From Kiritimatiellia bacterium (GTDB lineage Bacteria > Verrucomicrobiota > Kiritimatiellia > RFP12 > UBA1067): DNA of 64,000 bases. The stretch covers positions 19,466 through 83,465 of the forward strand of contig JAZOQU010000001.1 in the NCBI GenBank assembly GCA_045656225.1, given 5' to 3'. Positions 53,117 through 61,831 of the stretch are shown piece after piece. The notes beneath the pieces were generated by a model that saw nothing but the letters and a program-made list of their open reading frames with translations, was not told the DNA's origin and did no database searches. The position numbers were made by a program, and so were the translations under genes. Every line of letters begins with the position of its first letter. Within the stretch, counting starts at the first letter, position 1.

Positions 53117-56100
53117 ATGCGAAGTATAATTCGAGGTGTTGTCGCTTTATTCGCGGCATTTTTAATGATGGATGTGGCTAATGCCGCGCCAACGATAGTT
53201 AGCCCAGTCGATTATTCGACGGTTCAGACATTAACGGATTCAATGAAGAACTTAATAAGTCCGTTGAATTCAGATGTTTCAATTTTTAGTAAAGCTAATA
53301 CTACTGCGCGTGACAATTATGAAACGGAGTATTTTTATAACAACTCAGTTCCCGCCACCTTGTCATGGAGCGGCACTACAGGTGATTGCACCGTTAAGGT
53401 TTGGCGTACGAACGGCGGTAGCGAAAGCGCTCCGTTCTTTAGCGAAACGGTTTCAGGTACTTCAACCGAATGTTACAACCTTGAAGTAGGGTGCAACTAT
53501 ACATGGAAAGTTACCGATTCTCAGGGTAATTCCGCTGTCGGTCACTTCTTTACCGAAGATCAGGCGCCTCGTATTATTCGCGGTCGTAGAAGCAATTTTA
53601 CTTATACGTCCGGCGCTGACTGTTCTAACGGTCGTGATATCGGCGGATGGGCTACAGCTGACGGCAAGCGCGTCAAACAGGGTAAGATATATCGCTCTGG
53701 ACAGCTTGAATATTGCTCATTTAAGGAAGGATCAGGTATTTATCAGAAGATGGATATGCTCTACGATGTGCTCGGCATTCGCGTAGATGTTGATCTTAGA
53801 ACTGTAGAAAATGTTAATGCGTTTGCAGATTGGAAGGCTGAATGGGATACGGGCTCTGATAATGTTTGTAAATGGTCTGGCATCGGCCCTGATGTAGAGC
53901 GATTCACCATTGAATGGGAAACTCTCGGTAAGGGACCTTCTGAAGGTAATCCGTACGTATATGATGGTAAGTATGGTTGCCAGTTCCCCTCGTATAGCGG
54001 TTTTTATAATAGTATGTCTATAGATTATAAAGTAGGCGATACGACAAAAACATATACTCAGACTGCAGCACAGAATAAGATTGCGGTGTGGGCGGCGTTC
54101 AACAGAATTTATCAAGCTGTTGTTGTAGATAAAGAGCCTGTGCTCTTCCATTGTTCACACGGTAAGGATCGCACAGGTTCGCTCGCTTTGGTGATTCATG
54201 GTCTTCTCGGTGTTTCAGAAGCGAATATTAAAAGAGATTTCGCAACGGCTTGGTTCTGCAATCCGGATTATACATTCACGCAGACCAGCATGAATAATAT
54301 GATTACTGGGCTTAAGAATTTAGATACTGCTTCTACTAAGACTCTCGCTGGTGGTTGCGAAAACTATTTGATCAGTTGTGCGACCTCGGCCGGTGATACG
54401 GCTGGTGCTACTAAGGTTGCGGCGTTTAAGTCTGCGATGTTAGAGGATGTCGAGACTGCGGCAGAAAATCCCAATCAGGAATTGGCTTCGACTGTCTCTT
54501 CCGCTATAGCTTCGTATGTAACTTATCCTACGCCTAAATTTACGGTTAGCGGCTCTATAGCTCTTGGGACCGGCACTACGACCGCGATGCTTTATTATTC
54601 GCTTAACAGCAGTGATTGTGATCAGACTGCTGAACTTACTCTTGGTGAGGACGGGACGTTTTCTTATGATATTGATTATGTAAATCCGACAGATACGCTT
54701 ACATGGTATGTTTCGGTTACAACGGTTAATGAAGGTAAGAGCGTTACAAATCAGACTAATTCGGCTACTGTAACGCGTACGAGAGATTCTGGTAATATTA
54801 CTTATTGTTGGACAGGTGCTGCTGGTGATGGTAAGTGGTCCAATATGGCGAACTGGACTGCCGATACTACGTATGACGCGTGGGGGTATCCTGGTCTTAT
54901 TGATGCGAATAGTGCGTATTATCGTTCTACTACTAAATTTGATTCACGCGCCAATAATGCTGTTATCGACCTTGAAGGTAATGCATATCAGGGAAGAGAT
55001 GGCAATGACGCTATGATCTTTGATTCAAATGTTGGCCCTGTTACATTGAAAAACGGTACCTTCTATTTCAATAAAAGTGGTACTACAATTGGTGCGTCTG
55101 GTGCTGTCATTGTATTTGACGGCATGGTCCTCAATAGAAGTAGCGGGTATACATCATTCACGTTGACATCGGCAAGTGGCTTTACGATGCGATTTGTCGG
55201 AGATCAAACTTATGTTGAAGGTGGATTGATATTTAGCGGTACGTATGGCTTTACTATTCCCGCTGAAGGACTTGGAGCTGCTCCTCTTAAAGCGAAGACA
55301 TTGACTGCTGGTGCTGCGACTATTGAAGTCGATGTTACGGATTATACAGCTGCGGGCCAGATTCCTCTTATGACATTCACGGGAACGGTTTCTGATCCAA
55401 GGAGTTCGTTGACGCTCGTTACGAAGGTTAATGGTCAGACAGTAACTGGTCGTGGTGAACTTGTTTGGAGTTCTAAGACCCTTTATTATAAACAGGATAA
55501 GCAGGAAGTTGTTGATCCTGATCAGCCTGGCGGCGAAACTCCTGAAACTCCTGAAACTCCTGAAATTCCACCAAGTGAGGGCGGTGTAACTACTAACGCA
55601 ATGGCTGATGCTTCATGGGGTTATATCGTCACGGGGCTTGGCGACAATCATAATGAGACGGCTGTAGTATTTACGAACGAGAATGCGACGGCGATGACCT
55701 GGACCATACCCGAAACTCTCAATAATGTTCAATTCCTCGCTGTCGGCGGTGGCGGTGGTGCTGGTGGTGCTGCGTCATATCATACATCTTCTGGCAAATA
55801 TAACCGCGGCGGTGCCGGCGGTGGTGGCGGCGGTGTTGTCACTGGCTTGGTTGACTTTGTCGATGGGTCTATAGTGTCGGTAACAGTCGGCAAAGGTGGC
55901 GAAGGCGGTGTTCGAGTAAACAATACTACGAATGGTACGGCAGCTGCAAAAAGTGCAGGTGGTAAATCCTCATTTTCTGTAAATGATATTAGCTATGTTA
56001 TAGCTCGCGGCGGTGGCAGAGATCTTGGTCTTGGCAAGAGTGGTGGTTATGGCGGGTCTAATGCAGGAAGTCGAACGACCAGTAGGCAGGAAAAGTTTTC

Positions 56101-58969
56101 GTGGCTAGATACTGATGTTAATACGACTTATATAACTGCGTATGAGAAACTTGGTAATTATGGCGGTGTGGCGTATTCAAAAAATAACAATGTGCGAGCT
56201 GGCGCCGGTGGCGGCGGTGCTACAGAAGAGGGTGCATCTTGCACTGATCAAGATAATGCTGCTAAGGGTGGTAAAGGCCTTGCCTCTGATATTACAGGCG
56301 TAAGCGCAGTATATGGCTCAGGCGGCGGTGGCGGATCTGGATATAATGGTGTCGGTGCGTCTGGCGGTAGTGATGAAGCTGGTGCTGGCGGTAACTCTTC
56401 ATCAAGTACAACTCCTAATGATGGTGGAGATGGTCTTGCGAACTACGGTGGTGGCGGCGGCGGCGCTGGCCGTGAAGGTAAAGGCGGTAACGGTGGCTCG
56501 GGTATCGTTGTCTTCCGTTATACAACTACGCCTACGACCGAACCTGATGTGCCTGTCTTGACGGCGGTTGATGCGCCTGTGGCTGTTGCTGACCTCGTTT
56601 ATACTGGTTCTGAGTTGACGGGTGTTGTTGCAGCTGACGGTTACACGCTTACCGGTAATACTGCTACGGATGCTGGAACTTACGAGGCAACGGCTACGCT
56701 CGCTGAAGGCTATAAGTGGTCTGACGATACGACTGAGCTTAAGACAATCAGCTGGTCGATCGCTAAGGCGACGAACGAGTGGACGACCGAGCCCTCGATC
56801 TCTCTCGAGACCTGGACTCAGGGTGAAACGGCCGGCGTTTTAACATCTGGTGTCGCTAAGTTCGGCGAGGTTACATCTACGATGACTGAGCTCCCGACGG
56901 CTGTTGGTAAGTATACGATCACTTACACGGTAGTCGAGACCGATAACTATAGTGGTCTTACTAAGGAGGTTTCGTTCGAAATTCTTAAGAAGCCCACTTC
57001 TTACGACTTCACGGTCGGCGATGTTGCTCTTACTGACGGTAAGCTTACCTTCAAGGGTAATTTCGCGATTGACGGCGAATCCGAAGCGACCGAGATGAAT
57101 CTCGTAGTAAGCGTTTACGATGTTGCCGAGGGTGGTGACGCTCTTAAGATGGTTACTGTTGAGGGTATTCCAGCTGGCGAATTCAATCAGGAGATTGATA
57201 TTGCCGCGCTTGAACTCGCTGACGGCGTATATTATCTCGCCTTCGAGGTTCAGGACGAAGCCGGTAATGTTCTCGACAAGGTCGAAGAGCGCTCGATGCT
57301 CACCATCGGCGAGGTTAAGGCTGTTAAGCCTACGGTCAATTACGCGAGCGGAACTAAGTTTACGGCTATCGGTGTTGAGCAGAAGCCGGTCGTAACGCCT
57401 GCTGACGGTAATGGTTACACGGTCAGCTACGAAGGCGACTTCACTTCTGCCGGCACTCATAGAATCGTTATCGCGCTTAAGGACGGTTGGACTTGGAGCG
57501 ACGGAACGAGCGACAGCTTAACGTATGAGTACGAGTTCATTGAACGTACATATACTGAGTATTATATCAAGTCACGTGGAGGAGCCTCAGATGGAGGTAC
57601 TTACCAGTCGAATGACCGTTGGTATACTGATCCTGAGTTTGCTGCTGGTTCTAAGATGTCCACATGTCCTAATGTGTATGATGCTCATAATATTGCCAAC
57701 ATCCCCTCTGACTCACAGTGCTGGCTCTTGATTGATAACGAAGAGGACATTGTTGTTACGCCTAAGTTCGGTAAATTTACCGTTGATGGTAATCTCCGTA
57801 TAGTTACATACAGCGGCGCATTGATGTTCCAGAATGATACGGCTACACCTATGCCGATCTGGGAGGTTAAATCAGGCGTCTCCACTATTGACGGTGTCGT
57901 CTTTGACGTAAATGGCGCTGGTACCGGTTATATTGATATTGCCGCTAATGCCACAAATGTTCTAGGCGGTGTTAACTATAAGAGTGGGTTAGAATCGAGC
58001 AAGAAGCTCTTCGTTCGCTTCAGCGATGAAGCTACGGCGGGTTCGGCACTTCGCGTTCATGATTTCGAAAGCTACTACGCTACAAATCTCGGCTGGTTTG
58101 AGGGCGGCGCTGAAGGTTCGACTTACACGTTGGATTTTGACGAGGGCGCTTTAAATCTCACCAATCCCGATGCTGTCAGCGGTGTTGCCGGCGATCTCGC
58201 GATTACCGTAAAGCTCGGCGATAGGGTTGGCGCGGAGAATGCCTACCTTAATGTTGCGGGTACGCTCAATATCAACGAGGGCTCAACTCTCGCGGTTGAC
58301 GCTAACAGCATGCCTTGCGGCGTTTACACGATCATCAATGCCGCGACATTCAACGGCGCCGATCTCTTGACGAGCGCTGCGGGCGCTACGGTAACGGGTC
58401 TCGCCGAGTTTACGAGCGGTGAGCTCGTTCGCGAAGGCAATAAGATCGTACTCTATATCGAGACGACGATCCCGCCGAGAGTTCCCGGTATTGAAGGGGA
58501 TTCTGTCGCGACGAACGCCGTATTCGAGACAGCTCGTGTCGCTAAGCCGATCTGGTATAAGACTATGCCTGCGATCAACGGTGATGAGATTACGTTTAAC
58601 CGCGTCACGGTTAAGGTTCCCGAGTACTATGACGTTACCTTGGAAACTTTGGCTGACGGCTATCTCGTAAATCTCAAGCTTAAGGACAACCTCAAGGCCT
58701 TCATCGCCAATAAGGTTGAGAACGATCAGATCGTGACACCTGCCATCAGGATTGAGAACGAAAAGGTCTATATCCACCTTGAGAACACCAAGTCGGATCT
58801 CTATTATACGCTTTTGAAGTCGACTAAGCTCGGCGCTGAAGCTGAATGGAAGCCGACCGAAGAGTATGCGATAGGTAAGGCCGACTTTGAGTACACGCCT
58901 GCGGAAGGTGAAGCCGAGACATGCTTCTTCAAGGCGGGCGACGTAATGGACGAGCCACCGGCAAAGTAA
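53117..58969 (+). CDS. giant secreted multidomain protein 2 (1950 aa), paralog of protein 1 with one polyglycine module
   Basis: The signal peptide MRSIIRGVVALFAAFLMMDVANA/AP is about 90% identical to gene 1 at nucleotide level over the first ~100 nt, by eye. The Cys-X5-Arg motif is FHCSHGKDRTGS (Cys codon 54152-54154). It shares the C-terminal domain and the terminator. Confidence 0.9.
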   Translation: MRSIIRGVVALFAAFLMMDVANAAPTIVSPVDYSTVQTLTDSMKNLISPLNSDVSIFSKANTTARDNYETEYFYNNSVPATLSWSGTTGDCTVKVWRTNGGSESAPFFSETVSGTSTECYNLEVGCNYTWKVTDSQGNSAVGHFFTEDQAPRIIRGRRSNFTYTSGADCSNGRDIGGWATADGKRVKQGKIYRSGQLEYCSFKEGSGIYQKMDMLYDVLGIRVDVDLRTVENVNAFADWKAEWDTGSDNVCKWSGIGPDVERFTIEWETLGKGPSEGNPYVYDGKYGCQFPSYSGFYNSMSIDYKVGDTTKTYTQTAAQNKIAVWAAFNRIYQAVVVDKEPVLFHCSHGKDRTGSLALVIHGLLGVSEANIKRDFATAWFCNPDYTFTQTSMNNMITGLKNLDTASTKTLAGGCENYLISCATSAGDTAGATKVAAFKSAMLEDVETAAENPNQELASTVSSAIASYVTYPTPKFTVSGSIALGTGTTTAMLYYSLNSSDCDQTAELTLGEDGTFSYDIDYVNPTDTLTWYVSVTTVNEGKSVTNQTNSATVTRTRDSGNITYCWTGAAGDGKWSNMANWTADTTYDAWGYPGLIDANSAYYRSTTKFDSRANNAVIDLEGNAYQGRDGNDAMIFDSNVGPVTLKNGTFYFNKSGTTIGASGAVIVFDGMVLNRSSGYTSFTLTSASGFTMRFVGDQTYVEGGLIFSGTYGFTIPAEGLGAAPLKAKTLTAGAATIEVDVTDYTAAGQIPLMTFTGTVSDPRSSLTLVTKVNGQTVTGRGELVWSSKTLYYKQDKQEVVDPDQPGGETPETPETPEIPPSEGGVTTNAMADASWGYIVTGLGDNHNETAVVFTNENATAMTWTIPETLNNVQFLAVGGGGGAGGAASYHTSSGKYNRGGAGGGGGGVVTGLVDFVDGSIVSVTVGKGGEGGVRVNNTTNGTAAAKSAGGKSSFSVNDISYVIARGGGRDLGLGKSGGYGGSNAGSRTTSRQEKFSWLDTDVNTTYITAYEKLGNYGGVAYSKNNNVRAGAGGGGATEEGASCTDQDNAAKGGKGLASDITGVSAVYGSGGGGGSGYNGVGASGGSDEAGAGGNSSSSTTPNDGGDGLANYGGGGGGAGREGKGGNGGSGIVVFRYTTTPTTEPDVPVLTAVDAPVAVADLVYTGSELTGVVAADGYTLTGNTATDAGTYEATATLAEGYKWSDDTTELKTISWSIAKATNEWTTEPSISLETWTQGETAGVLTSGVAKFGEVTSTMTELPTAVGKYTITYTVVETDNYSGLTKEVSFEILKKPTSYDFTVGDVALTDGKLTFKGNFAIDGESEATEMNLVVSVYDVAEGGDALKMVTVEGIPAGEFNQEIDIAALELADGVYYLAFEVQDEAGNVLDKVEERSMLTIGEVKAVKPTVNYASGTKFTAIGVEQKPVVTPADGNGYTVSYEGDFTSAGTHRIVIALKDGWTWSDGTSDSLTYEYEFIERTYTEYYIKSRGGASDGGTYQSNDRWYTDPEFAAGSKMSTCPNVYDAHNIANIPSDSQCWLLIDNEEDIVVTPKFGKFTVDGNLRIVTYSGALMFQNDTATPMPIWEVKSGVSTIDGVVFDVNGAGTGYIDIAANATNVLGGVNYKSGLESSKKLFVRFSDEATAGSALRVHDFESYYATNLGWFEGGAEGSTYTLDFDEGALNLTNPDAVSGVAGDLAITVKLGDRVGAENAYLNVAGTLNINEGSTLAVDANSMPCGVYTIINAATFNGADLLTSAAGATVTGLAEFTSGELVREGNKIVLYIETTIPPRVPGIEGDSVATNAVFETARVAKPIWYKTMPAINGDEITFNRVTVKVPEYYDVTLETLADGYLVNLKLKDNLKAFIANKVENDQIVTPAIRIENEKVYIHLENTKSDLYYTLLKSTKLGAEAEWKPTEEYAIGKADFEYTPAEGEAETCFFKAGDVMDEPPAK
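55616..56521 (+). repeat. polyglycine module of giant protein 2 (~302 aa)
   Basis: The module starts WGYIVTGLGDNHNETAVVFTN..WTIPETLNNVQFLAVGGGGGAGG and ends GKGGNGGSGIVVFRY. Confidence 0.85.
56558..56989 (+). repeat. tandem Ig-like (MBG-like) pair of giant protein 2
   Basis: This is the 432-nt counterpart of 49388-49819 (LVYTGSELTGV..AGTYEATATLAEGYKWSDD..SWSIAKATNEWTTEPSISLETWTQGETAG..). Confidence 0.8.
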
Positions 58970-58995
58970 GAATTGTATTAACTAGATGCTAAAAA

Positions 58996-59029
58996 CGAGC
59001 CTCCTTTAAAAAGGGGGCTCGTTTTTTTT
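58996..59029 (+). terminator. rho-independent terminator of giant gene 2
   Basis: The stem cgagcctcc / gggggctcg has an 8-nt loop and is followed by T8. Confidence 0.85.
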
Positions 59030-59060
59030 AAGAGGGTCTTGGTTTTCTCTGAAAAAAATA

Positions 59061-59069
59061 TGATAAAAT
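59061..59069 (+). promoter_or_regulatory. extended -10 promoter (TGaTAAAAT), leaderless-type
   Basis: The hexamer ends at 59069. The ATG at 59079 follows after 9 nt with no Shine-Dalgarno sequence. Confidence 0.45.
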
Positions 59070-59078
59070 GTTCCTGTT

Positions 59079-59972
59079 ATGAATAAAGATATCAGAAAAT
59101 TTTCGTTATCCTGTTTTGCCGCCCTGGCGATTTTGTTGCCGGCATTCAACATCTACGCAGATGGAGTCCGTTCCGTCAATGTGGAACGCAAGATGGTTTT
59201 GAAAGATGTCATTGCTTCAAAGTATGATATCGTCCGCACCGACAAATGGCACGGTTATAGCAGGATCGTGTTCAAATTTCAAGGTCATGAGGCGTGGATT
59301 GTCGAGCCGAGCTGTGCGCCTCGAGCCGACCGAGCGTGGACATGGACGATGCAGTGGGCGGATGCGTTTGTCGAGCGCACGGGGGTATTGGATCTTCTCG
59401 GCAAGGGGTGGCACCATGTGACGATAGATACATTCCGTCACCGCATGAACGAAGAAGGACTTCGCGTCAGCAGGGAGTATCAGAAATTTCTTGTCGACGA
59501 GCTCGGCTTTAAATCAAAGGCGAATCTTGTGGGTATGAGTTGGGGCGGATTTTTCTCTACGAGGTACGCTTCGCGTTATCCCGATTGTGTTTCAAAAATC
59601 TATTTAGATGCGCCGCTTTTGGTTTTGGACCGTTTAAGAGGTCTTCCCGAGGCTGATACCGTTGAAAAGGCGGAACGGATTATCGGACCCTGGGCGAGGA
59701 CGGGAATTAAGAGCGGAGAATGGAAGAATAATCCTGAAATGCCGATCAATCTTGCGGAAAGGCTGGCTAAAACAGGGATCCCGATTCTTCTTCTTTACGG
59801 CGGCGAGGATCAGACGGTTCCTCCTGAATTGAACAGTGAGGTTTTTATCGAAAAGTTCAAATCGGCCGGCGGAAAGATTAATGTGAAAAGGAGATATCTT
59901 TTCGGTCATCATCCGCATGGCGAGGAGTTAAACAATCTCGGTGTGATAACCCGCTTTTTCGAAAATGATTGA
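59079..59972 (+). CDS. secreted alpha/beta-hydrolase (esterase/dienelactone-hydrolase-like)
   Basis: A signal peptide, a GxSxG motif (GMSWGGFFS) and a C-terminal LLYGGEDQTVP...FGHHPHG are present. Confidence 0.7.
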   Translation: MNKDIRKFSLSCFAALAILLPAFNIYADGVRSVNVERKMVLKDVIASKYDIVRTDKWHGYSRIVFKFQGHEAWIVEPSCAPRADRAWTWTMQWADAFVERTGVLDLLGKGWHHVTIDTFRHRMNEEGLRVSREYQKFLVDELGFKSKANLVGMSWGGFFSTRYASRYPDCVSKIYLDAPLLVLDRLRGLPEADTVEKAERIIGPWARTGIKSGEWKNNPEMPINLAERLAKTGIPILLLYGGEDQTVPPELNSEVFIEKFKSAGGKINVKRRYLFGHHPHGEELNNLGVITRFFEND

Positions 59973-60000
59973 TGACGGCGGTGTTTATAATGCAGTGGGA

Positions 60001-60029
60001 TTGACTTAATAAAAATAAAATAGTATACT
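60001..60029 (+). promoter_or_regulatory. sigma70-like promoter TTGACT-17-TATACT upstream of tRNA-Pro
   Basis: The -35 element is at 60001-60006 and the -10 at 60024-60029, with an exact 17-nt AT-rich spacer. The tRNA starts 49 nt downstream. Confidence 0.55.
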
Positions 60030-60077
60030 ATTCTAAGTTTTGCGTTTCAGTATTTTTATATATTGAATTTCCCGTGT

Positions 60078-60154
60078 CGGAGCGTAGCGCAGTCTGGTAG
60101 CGCGTTTGCTTCGGGAGCAAAAGGTCGAGGGTTCAAATCCCTCCGCTCCGACCA
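60078..60154 (+). tRNA. tRNA-Pro (anticodon CGG), CCA encoded
   Basis: I folded the cloverleaf by hand. The acceptor stem is CGGAGCG/CGCTCCG (7 bp) and the D stem is GCGC/GCGC. The anticodon stem is TTTGC/GCAAA with loop TTCGGGA. The T arm is GAGGG-TTCAAAT-CCCTC, with discriminator A plus CCA. Length is 77 nt. Confidence 0.9.
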
Positions 60155-60382
60155 ATTCCCTGCCTTCAATAATAACCACAACCTTGCTTTAGCTTTGTGT
60201 TTGGTACCGGTGTATTCGTTTGTGGCCATTCGAGACATTGTTATTTTACCGACAGTGTTTAGTATTTGGCAAACGGGGCGCAAATAGAAACAGCCTGCCT
60301 TTGGTGATAGTGTCCGTTATTATGGAAAAAATCGCGGGGCTTTGATTTTCCAAAAAAACTATGGAAGAATCATGCTTGTATT

Positions 60383-60391
60383 TGCTATAAT
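60383..60391 (+). promoter_or_regulatory. extended -10 promoter (TGcTATAAT), leaderless-type
   Basis: The hexamer ends at 60391. The ATG at 60401 follows after 9 nt with no Shine-Dalgarno sequence. Confidence 0.5.
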
Positions 60392-60400
60392 TTTACAAGT

Positions 60401-61771
60401 ATGAAAATGAAATATCTGTCTCTTGATAAATATTGTAAAGAATATATGGAATATCTCGGCACTGCGAAGACCGAGCGCTTGAGTTATTCCGAGAGTGTCC
60501 GTCGCCTTGAGGCTAAGGGTTTTAAGGAGCTTTCCTCGTTTAAGAAGCTTAAGGCGGGCGATAAAGTTTACCGCGGTTACGAGGGTCGTACAATTATGGC
60601 CGCTGTCATCGGCAGAAAGCCCATCGCCGAGGTCGGACTTAAGGTTGTAGGCGGCCATACCGATGCGCCGAGGCTCGATCTCAAGCCGAAACCTCTTTAC
60701 GAGAAGGGCGGGCTTGTTTATTTCGACTGCCACATCTACGGCGGTATTAAAAAGTATCAGTGGCTTACGATGCCGCTCGCGCTTTACGGAACGGTGATCC
60801 GCAAGGATGGATCCGCCGTCGATGTCGCGGTCGGCGACAAGCCGGGCGATCCGATCTTTCTCATCAGCGATATTCTTCCTCATCTCGGTTATGATCAGGC
60901 GAAGAAGACGCGAGACGAATTCTTCCCCGCCGAAGATCTCGACGTCATCGGCTGGTCGACTTACGCGAAGGGCGGCAAGGACGACGATAAGGACGCCGCG
61001 CCCAAGGGCGATAAGAACGCGCTCGTCGAATATCTGAAGAAGACGTATAAAATCGACGAGGCAGATCTTCTTTCCGCCGAGCTTGAGATCGTCCCCGCCG
61101 GAATGCCGCGCGAAGTCGGCTTCGACCGTGCGCTTATCGCCGGATACGGTCATGACGACCGCGTCTGCTCGTTCGCCGGGCTTATGGCTCTTATTGACGC
61201 TGCGGATGGTAAAACTCCCGAAGTAACCGCTTCGATTCTCATGTGCGACAAGGAGGAGATCGGCTCGATGGGTTCGACGGGCATGCAGTCGAGCTTCTTC
61301 GAGAATACGGTCGCCGAATTCATCGAACGCCAGGAGAAGGACGCGCGCGACATTATGGTCCGCCGCGCGCTCGAGCGCTCGTCAATGCTTTCGGCCGACG
61401 TGACCGCCGCCTTCGATCCACATTTCCCTGACGTCAATTCGACCGGCAACTGCGCTTATCTCCATAAGGGTCCCGCCGCTTCGAAGTACACGGGCGGAAC
61501 GTCCAAGGGCGGTTCGAGCGATTGCGGTCCCGAGTTCGTCGCCGAAATCCGCAAGATCATGGACGAGGGCGGCGTAACCTGGCAGATGGCCGAACTCGGA
61601 AAGATGGAGAAGGGCGGCGGCGGAACCATCGCCCAGTACATGTCGCGCTTCGGCATGAAGGTTCTCGACATGGGAACTCCGCTTTTCAATATGCATGCGC
61701 CGTGGGAGATCGCGTCGAAGTTCGACTGCCATCAGACCTACTGCGCGTACAGCGCCTATCTAAGAAGTTGA
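60401..61771 (+). CDS. M18-family aminopeptidase (aminopeptidase 1 type)
   Basis: Family-typical motifs are present (GGHTDAPRLDLKPKPLYE; YGGIKKYQWLTMPLALYG; GYGHDDRVC; MCDKEEIGS). Confidence 0.8.
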   Translation: MKMKYLSLDKYCKEYMEYLGTAKTERLSYSESVRRLEAKGFKELSSFKKLKAGDKVYRGYEGRTIMAAVIGRKPIAEVGLKVVGGHTDAPRLDLKPKPLYEKGGLVYFDCHIYGGIKKYQWLTMPLALYGTVIRKDGSAVDVAVGDKPGDPIFLISDILPHLGYDQAKKTRDEFFPAEDLDVIGWSTYAKGGKDDDKDAAPKGDKNALVEYLKKTYKIDEADLLSAELEIVPAGMPREVGFDRALIAGYGHDDRVCSFAGLMALIDAADGKTPEVTASILMCDKEEIGSMGSTGMQSSFFENTVAEFIERQEKDARDIMVRRALERSSMLSADVTAAFDPHFPDVNSTGNCAYLHKGPAASKYTGGTSKGGSSDCGPEFVAEIRKIMDEGGVTWQMAELGKMEKGGGGTIAQYMSRFGMKVLDMGTPLFNMHAPWEIASKFDCHQTYCAYSAYLRS

Positions 61772-61782
61772 AAACTTTGAAT

Positions 61783-61817
61783 TCTAAACTCTAAACTCTA
61801 AACACTGAACTCTAAAC
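61783..61817. repeat. tandem heptamer array TCTAAAC (3 perfect copies, 1 variant, 1 perfect)
   Basis: The array is tctaaac tctaaac tctaaac actgaac tctaaac, between the peptidase stop and the next Shine-Dalgarno sequence. Confidence 0.85.
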
Positions 61818-61831
61818 TAAAAGGAAACATC

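Noticed and set aside
44759-58969. Giant genes as prophage tail fibres or polymorphic toxins
   Set aside because: No phage structural, integrase, immunity or toxin-domain genes flank them. Both have classical Sec-type signal peptides and housekeeping neighbours.
59973-60400. Integration site (att) or integrase remnant beside tRNA-Pro
   Set aside because: I found no ORF with recombinase motifs and no copy of the tRNA 3' end elsewhere in the window, in particular none near 44.4 kb.
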